NCBI GenBank assembly: GCA_011620345.1
Contig: WOZJ01000041.1
Coordinates: 1 to 43,964 of the forward strand
Direction of reading: 5' to 3'
Source of the DNA: Nitrospirota bacterium
Lineage (GTDB): Bacteria > UBA2233
Length of the DNA: 43,964 nt
A model generated the notes under the pieces. The model saw only the letters and a list, made by a program, of their open reading frames with translations, was not told the origin of the DNA and ran no database searches. Of the stretch, positions 39,901 to 43,964 are shown in pieces; within the stretch, counting starts at the first letter, position 1; each line of letters opens with the position of its first letter. Position numbers and translations under genes: made by a program.

Positions 39901-40717
39901 AGAACGCGGAACACTCTGGGAATACCTCTTGGGCTAAGACCATATTTCCCATAAGGTCACTCGAGGACAATCCTTTTTCAGCGGCACGATGGGCTATCCC
40001 CCACAGGATTTCTAGCCTGCGCTGGAGGATATTTTCCATCATAAGCGCCCCCTTGCCCGCCTCGGCCTTGAGTGAGCCAATAAGCTGCGACTCGATGCCC
40101 CTGAGCGTCGTCCGGGTTTGCACGAATGTAAGGAAGGTTGCAGGCAAGAGCGTGGCGGACAGCAGCGTGCTGGCAAGCACTTGGTTCATATGAAGCCCCC
40201 CCAAAGGCCGGGAGACGAGCCTGAAACGTTGAGCCAAAAGAATTAGGGCAAGGTCGGCGATGAGCGCGTTCAACACCCCGTTTGTGCCGACCTTCAGCAG
40301 GATGACCCATCCAAGCGTACTGTGCAAATCGCTTAAATGGGTAAGGGCGAAAACCGGCAGGCCGATCAAGGCCCAGAACCCAAGCGAAGCCAGCGAAAGC
40401 AAGCGAAGCCTCGGGTAGACCAAGGCGATGCAAAGGCCCTCGAGCGTGAACACCAAAATGTCCGAGGGGTTCTGCCAGATCCAGTACGGCACCAACCCCG
40501 CAACGAGCGCCCCGAGTGTTGCCCAGCGAGGGCCGTATGCGGCCGCGAGCAGGAGAACGAAAACGGGCCCGAAGAACAGCCGAACGCCAGGCAAGAGCTC
40601 GACTTTCAGCGTATTGGCAAAAAAGCCCAGCACAATAAGCAAGGCGGCAAAAACAAAAAAGGGATATCGTTTTTTTTGGCTGGAGAGGGGATTGCGTATG
40701 CTTGCTTGGCGCAACAA
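36908..40717 (-). CDS. membrane sensor with Cache-like, HAMP, two PAS, degenerate GGDEF and EAL domains (probable c-di-GMP phosphodiesterase)
   Basis: N-terminal TMs; PAS motifs (IGSWE, VHPEDR, DVTE, DITE); YDELTGLPNR, DLDRFK, WGDEF; YQPQI, EALLRW, ELEVTES, DDFG, KIDQSF, AEGVE. Confidence 0.9.
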   Translation of the reverse strand: MLRQASIRNPLSSQKKRYPFFVFAALLIVLGFFANTLKVELLPGVRLFFGPVFVLLLAAAYGPRWATLGALVAGLVPYWIWQNPSDILVFTLEGLCIALVYPRLRLLSLASLGFWALIGLPVFALTHLSDLHSTLGWVILLKVGTNGVLNALIADLALILLAQRFRLVSRPLGGLHMNQVLASTLLSATLLPATFLTFVQTRTTLRGIESQLIGSLKAEAGKGALMMENILQRRLEILWGIAHRAAEKGLSSSDLMGNMVLAQEVFPECSAFFVLDQKGKVQACLSSHFDCSTWKQTRPLEDNKLTGVVQNTGMPMLADDFQPGLPGLNSAPAMVVPILQNGEPLGVIVGILDLDFLRAALFRATSPSIEVRLVNARGKPIVGSPTFFSETLGHGRYSMRRMEDDILHAMPTDSASPSARFVGRWQQSFYLYSLPVGQTPWTLEARVFLGSSFNRLMYALLPGLATFWGLALLMLVLAWVAAKALSRPLGQLEALASRVKDEPLTPIARTDWPATPILEVNSLSVSLHMLLATLRDSLQALKGANETLEGEVVKRTAELRETIDRLKSEIEQRKRLEDLLERAQRIARIGSWERDLKTNGMVYSKETYKIFGLQEGEDPSYERFMSVVHPEDRALVNRVIEEAVQNHACLDFEYRIVRKNGEMRYIREQAEVVLNEQGKPVKFTGTNQDVTEKKRAELALAESEALLRTLLEAMPLAVGMKDAEGRWLLANPQTLRLFQLEGKKYLGKTDDELSEAIPELAETLAYCKVTDERTWKAGTLCRYEEKLEVKDGQGILCEVTKVPLLNPDGSSKGLIFVGRDITEERLAQGRIEQMTYYDELTGLPNRMLLAERLQQAISHHPIVVVALIDLDRFKVLNESLGFEASNEIIRSVAGRLRLAIRALDTVSRPWGDEFSIVMPDIVATEDLADVAGRLLRVFEQPFWVGGKEVFVTASLGLSIFPKDGTNTDTLLKNAEMAMYRAKERGGGTYAFYTAELDEKISDYLLMETNLRKALKESEFSLHYQPQIILETGEIIGCEALLRWNSKELGSVPPVRFIPVAEHTGLIIPIGEWVLKQAIRQLKAWRTLGFEHIYASVNLSARQFQDPELLSMVKRVLSEEGVPPERLELEVTESTAMLDIEQTIEILGEIKKMGVRIALDDFGMEYSSLNYLKRLPVDTIKIDQSFIRGGLEDPVNQAIVSAVIQIAGSLGLRVIAEGVETRDQLLFLHRLRCYGIQGYIFSRPVPADQFLLLLAENKTLEITEEKSVVR

Positions 40718-40795
40718 AAACCTCGCTGAACGCTCTTGTTTAGGCTCTTTAAGGGGGAACGATTTTGCTCCGGGGGTTTGTCCGGCCCAGCGCGC

Positions 40796-40921
40796 CTACG
40801 AGCCCAGCGCTTGAGCCGACCTTGTGATCGAATCCAGCGTCATCTGGATTACCTGGGGAAAACCAAAAAGATCGCTGATGAGCTGGGTGAGGTCTTGAAC
40901 GACGAGCGAAATTGGGTCCAC
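40796..40921 (-). CDS. unannotated 41-aa small protein MDPISLVVQDLTQLISDLFGFPQVIQMTLDSITRSAQALGS
   Basis: Perfect AAGGAGGT Shine-Dalgarno just upstream of GTG 40921; open to TAG 40796; same strand as the flanking genes. Confidence 0.6.
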   Translation of the reverse strand: MDPISLVVQDLTQLISDLFGFPQVIQMTLDSITRSAQALGS

Positions 40922-41146
40922 TGTAACCTCCTTTTTTTACCAGAGCCTGCTTGCCCTTGTGTCGCTTTTTCTTGCCAGAAATCTTGAATACTATTGGATA
41001 CCATTAGGGGCAGATATCCTTTTAGGGGTACGAAAGAAGGCCTGCTTATCGGCGAGTCCGTATTCTCCTTGAGAGCCAGGATTGCCTTCCTTCCTTGATG
41101 CTCGGACAACGACCCCTGCCCAAACAACTCCCCCAAGCGCAAGGAA

Positions 41147-41222
41147 TGGCTGAGGGGGCAGGACTCGAACCTGCAATCGCCTGATCCAGAGTCAGGTGGC
41201 TTACCAATTAGCCGACCCCTCA
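41147..41222 (-). tRNA. tRNA-Gln(CTG)
   Basis: TGAGGGG acceptor (U1-A72), CCTGA-CTCTGGA-TCAGG anticodon arm, GGTTCGAGTCC, CCA end. Confidence 0.97.
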
Positions 41223-41347
41223 GCAAGCTATCCCTAAAATTCGCCTTAATAATACCAAAATATTGGCTGGAATCAAACCAAGGCCAGCCAGGCCAACGGA
41301 TTGTGGCATAATGAAACCAGCTCACAAAAAACGACAAGGAATGTTTC

Positions 41348-42559
41348 TTGGCCGTGCATTTAGGGGTCGATACCCTTATAAAAGAGCGGAAAGTTTTTTT
41401 AAAGGGGCGGCGTTTTGGCCTGATCAGCCACCATGCCGCAGTGGATTCTGGCCTGAAGGAAACGCTAAAAAGGCTTCGCGAAGAAGGGCTTGCGCCATAC
41501 GTTCTGCTTGCCCCCGAGCACGGTTATGATGGATTGCTCGAAGCGGGAGAGACGTTTGAGAGCCGCTTTGATAGGCGGATTGGTATCCGGGTCAAAAGCC
41601 TCTACAGGGGCATCCGAGGCTTGGCCGAGGGGCTTGATGCAGATGGAAGGATGCGCGCGCTCGATACGCTCCTAGAGGGCAAAAGCCCGAGCCAAAGCGA
41701 GCTGAAAGGCTTGGAGGCGCTCGTTTTCGATTTGGTGGACGTAGGCACGCGCGTCTACACGTACTTGGCAACGCTCGTCATCGCGCTGAAGGCCAGCCTT
41801 GAGGCCAATATCCCGATTTTTGTCCTAGACCGCCCAAACCCCGTAGGTGGCCACTTCGAAGGGCCGGTGCTTGAGCCAGGCTATGAAAGCTTCGTGGGCA
41901 TTCTGCCCGTTGCCTTGCGTCACGGGATGACCTTAGGCGAGCTTGCGCTCTTTGCCAACGAGCGCTTGTTTCAAGCCCGCGTTCCTCTGCACGTGGTTCC
42001 TTTAGAGGGCTGGTCTCGATCGATGCCGTTCGAACAAACGGGTCTTTTCTGGGCCCCGCCATCGCCCAACATGCCAACGCTCACGACGGCCCTCGTGTAT
42101 CCAGGCCAGGTGCTGTTCGAGGGAACGAACGTCTCGGAAGGGCGCGGGACAACTGCCCCGTTCGAGCTGATTGGAGCCCCTTGGATTTCGGCCGATGAGT
42201 TCGCAGGGGGGCTTGAGAAGGTGGGGTTGCCTGGTGTCCGCTTCAAGCCCTGGGTCTACAGGCCTGCCTTCTCGAAGTACGCCGGGGGCGTTATCGAAGG
42301 CATTCGGCTTTTCGTTGAAGACAAAAAGGCCTTTTCGCCCTTCAAGACCACAGTCGCGCTCCTTTTGGAGCTTAAACGCCTTTATCCGGGCAAGCTCGTG
42401 TTCCACGAGCACTATTTTGACCGCGTTGCAGGCAACGGATGGCTTAGGCCGATGATCGAAAAGGGGGCTTCGCTTGACGAAATTCTCGGGCGATGCCAAG
42501 AAGGGCTCGAGGCGTTCCAAACGCAACGAAGGCCGTTTTTGCTGTATGCCGAGGAATAG
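41348..42559 (+). CDS. namZ: exo-beta-N-acetylmuramidase NamZ family (DUF1343)
   Basis: APEHG, FDLVDVGTRVYTY, VLDRPNP, RHGMTLGELA, PSPNMP, EGTNVSEGRGT..PFE. Confidence 0.88.
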   Translation: MAVHLGVDTLIKERKVFLKGRRFGLISHHAAVDSGLKETLKRLREEGLAPYVLLAPEHGYDGLLEAGETFESRFDRRIGIRVKSLYRGIRGLAEGLDADGRMRALDTLLEGKSPSQSELKGLEALVFDLVDVGTRVYTYLATLVIALKASLEANIPIFVLDRPNPVGGHFEGPVLEPGYESFVGILPVALRHGMTLGELALFANERLFQARVPLHVVPLEGWSRSMPFEQTGLFWAPPSPNMPTLTTALVYPGQVLFEGTNVSEGRGTTAPFELIGAPWISADEFAGGLEKVGLPGVRFKPWVYRPAFSKYAGGVIEGIRLFVEDKKAFSPFKTTVALLLELKRLYPGKLVFHEHYFDRVAGNGWLRPMIEKGASLDEILGRCQEGLEAFQTQRRPFLLYAEE

Positions 42560-42653
42560 CCCATGGCGGGTCGGGGTGTTTCCTACGCGCCGGTAGCGGG
42601 TCAGATCATAGGCATTGCCTGGGCTTGGGGTTGCACGGGGGGTTTTCTAGAGA

Positions 42654-43643
42654 ATGCCACGCACCGATAGCGCCTCGGAACGAATCGTTTACCTGACTGG
42701 CGGGGTAGGGGGCTCTCGCTTCCTGTCCGGCCTTGTGCGCCATGTCAGCCCAAATCAGCTTTGCATCGTCGTAAACACGGCCGATGACAGGGATTTCTTT
42801 GGTCTGCACGTAAGCCCGGACCTCGATACGGTTCTTTACAAGCTTTCTGGCGTCGTCTCAGGAGAGGGCTGGGGGGTGCGGGGGGATACCTTCTTTTGCT
42901 TAGAGCAGATCTCGAAGCTTGGCGAGGAGGCGTGGTTTCGGCTTGGTGACAAGGATTTGGCCACGCACATCCTAAGGACCAAGCTGTTGCGCCAAGGGCT
43001 TCCGCTTCACTCGGTGACGGAGAGGCTTGCAAAGAGGTTCGGAATTCCGTGGAGAATCCTGCCGATGTCTGATGACCCTGTCGAGACATGGATCAAGACG
43101 GAGGAACACGGCTGGGTTCACTTTCAGGAATACCTCGTGAAATACCGAAGCATGCCCAGCGTGCTCGATGTCCGCTACAAGGGCGTCCGAGCCGCACGAG
43201 CAACGCAGGAGGTGCTAGAGGCGCTCGAGCGCGCAAGCCTTGTCATTATAGGGCCGAGCAACCCGATCACAAGCATAGGCCCCATCTTGGCGCTTCGAGG
43301 CGTCAAGCCACTTTTGAGGGCCTTAAACAAGCCTGTTGTGGCCGTAAGTCCCCTGATCGGCGGTAGGCCTGTCAAGGGCCCGCTCGATAAGCTTTTCCTT
43401 GCCATAGGGCTAGAACCCGGCAACCTTGCAGTGGCAAGCCGCTACCGCACATTCTTAAGGGGCCTCGTGATTGACCAGGCCGACCGAAGCGATGCAGGGG
43501 CTCTAGCCAAAAATGGCCTGCAGGTGCTTGTCACCGATACGCTTATGCGCACGCAAGAAGATGCTGACCTGCTTGCCGGGGTGACCCTTTCGTTCGCCCG
43601 GGATCTTTCCGCCTTGCCGGACTGTTCGAGTAAAACCGCCTAA
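42654..43643 (+). CDS. cofD: 2-phospho-L-lactate transferase (F420 biosynthesis)
   Basis: GGVGG.RFL.G, VNTADD, GLHVSPDLDTVLY, WF.LGDKDLATH, PMSDD, HFQEY, GPSNPITSIGPIL, VSPLIGG.PVKGP. Confidence 0.9.
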   Translation: MPRTDSASERIVYLTGGVGGSRFLSGLVRHVSPNQLCIVVNTADDRDFFGLHVSPDLDTVLYKLSGVVSGEGWGVRGDTFFCLEQISKLGEEAWFRLGDKDLATHILRTKLLRQGLPLHSVTERLAKRFGIPWRILPMSDDPVETWIKTEEHGWVHFQEYLVKYRSMPSVLDVRYKGVRAARATQEVLEALERASLVIIGPSNPITSIGPILALRGVKPLLRALNKPVVAVSPLIGGRPVKGPLDKLFLAIGLEPGNLAVASRYRTFLRGLVIDQADRSDAGALAKNGLQVLVTDTLMRTQEDADLLAGVTLSFARDLSALPDCSSKTA

Positions 43644-43964
43644 GGCGTCTTCGTACAACCTCCCGTCCCAGCCACCCGGCGAACAGTTTCGACAAGCCGT
43701 CTTCCGCGCGGAGGGCGTAGTCTTGGGACGGCCAAACGGGGATCTCCCGTAGGTCCCTGCCTCTACGATGTTTTGTCTACTCCGCCATGCGTTGTTAAGC
43801 CCTCAAGCCGCACCTTGCAAGGATAAGCCGGGGAAAGCCCTCGAGCAGCGAGCGAGCGACGATCTAACAGGCAATCCCAGGGCCTTTTCTAAAAAATGAC
43901 ACCCGTAGAAGCAGTCTCTTTCGTAGTGAAGAAAATATGTGTTGAAAAAGTGAACCTCAAAAAG

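Noticed and set aside
40960-40980. Sigma54 promoter for the 41-aa ORF (tggcaagaaaaagc)
   Set aside because: GG-to-GC spacing is 9, not the required 10
43644-43964. Gene or RNA at the right edge
   Set aside because: No recognisable ORF, repeat or RNA motif

Overview
Bacterial chromosomal window from a diderm organism (complete tol-pal operon; GroEL/TypA look deltaproteobacterial-like, by inference). From about 11.2 kb onward it is mostly housekeeping: grx-smpB-ssrA, tRNA-Gly/Arg/Gln, groES-groEL with a CIRCE, aroF, tolQRAB-pal-cpoB, an old yellow enzyme, typA, a CoA transferase, tsaA, an aldehyde dehydrogenase, yacG, a GGDEF/EAL sensor, namZ and cofD. Directly downstream of the tmRNA 3' end is an all-minus-strand accessory region. 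It holds an ArsS-type radical SAM gene, a VTT/DedA membrane protein, a MerA-like flavoprotein lacking the MerA mercury-binding cysteines, a fused CofC-like/GT2 transferase and a sterol desaturase-family gene, followed by a gpsA-HAD phosphatase-ggpS glucosylglycerol operon. Most spacers in this region are recognisable gene scars absent from the ORF track: an aquaglyceroporin, a DUF547-like C-terminus, a histidine kinase ATPase domain and a GH15 glucoamylase N-terminus. Other notable items are an intact dihydropyrimidinase homologue that has lost 4 of 6 metal ligands (candidate CRMP-like pseudoenzyme) and an unannotated 41-aa ORF with a perfect Shine-Dalgarno upstream of the c-di-GMP gene. All family assignments come from motif recognition by eye; no searches were run.
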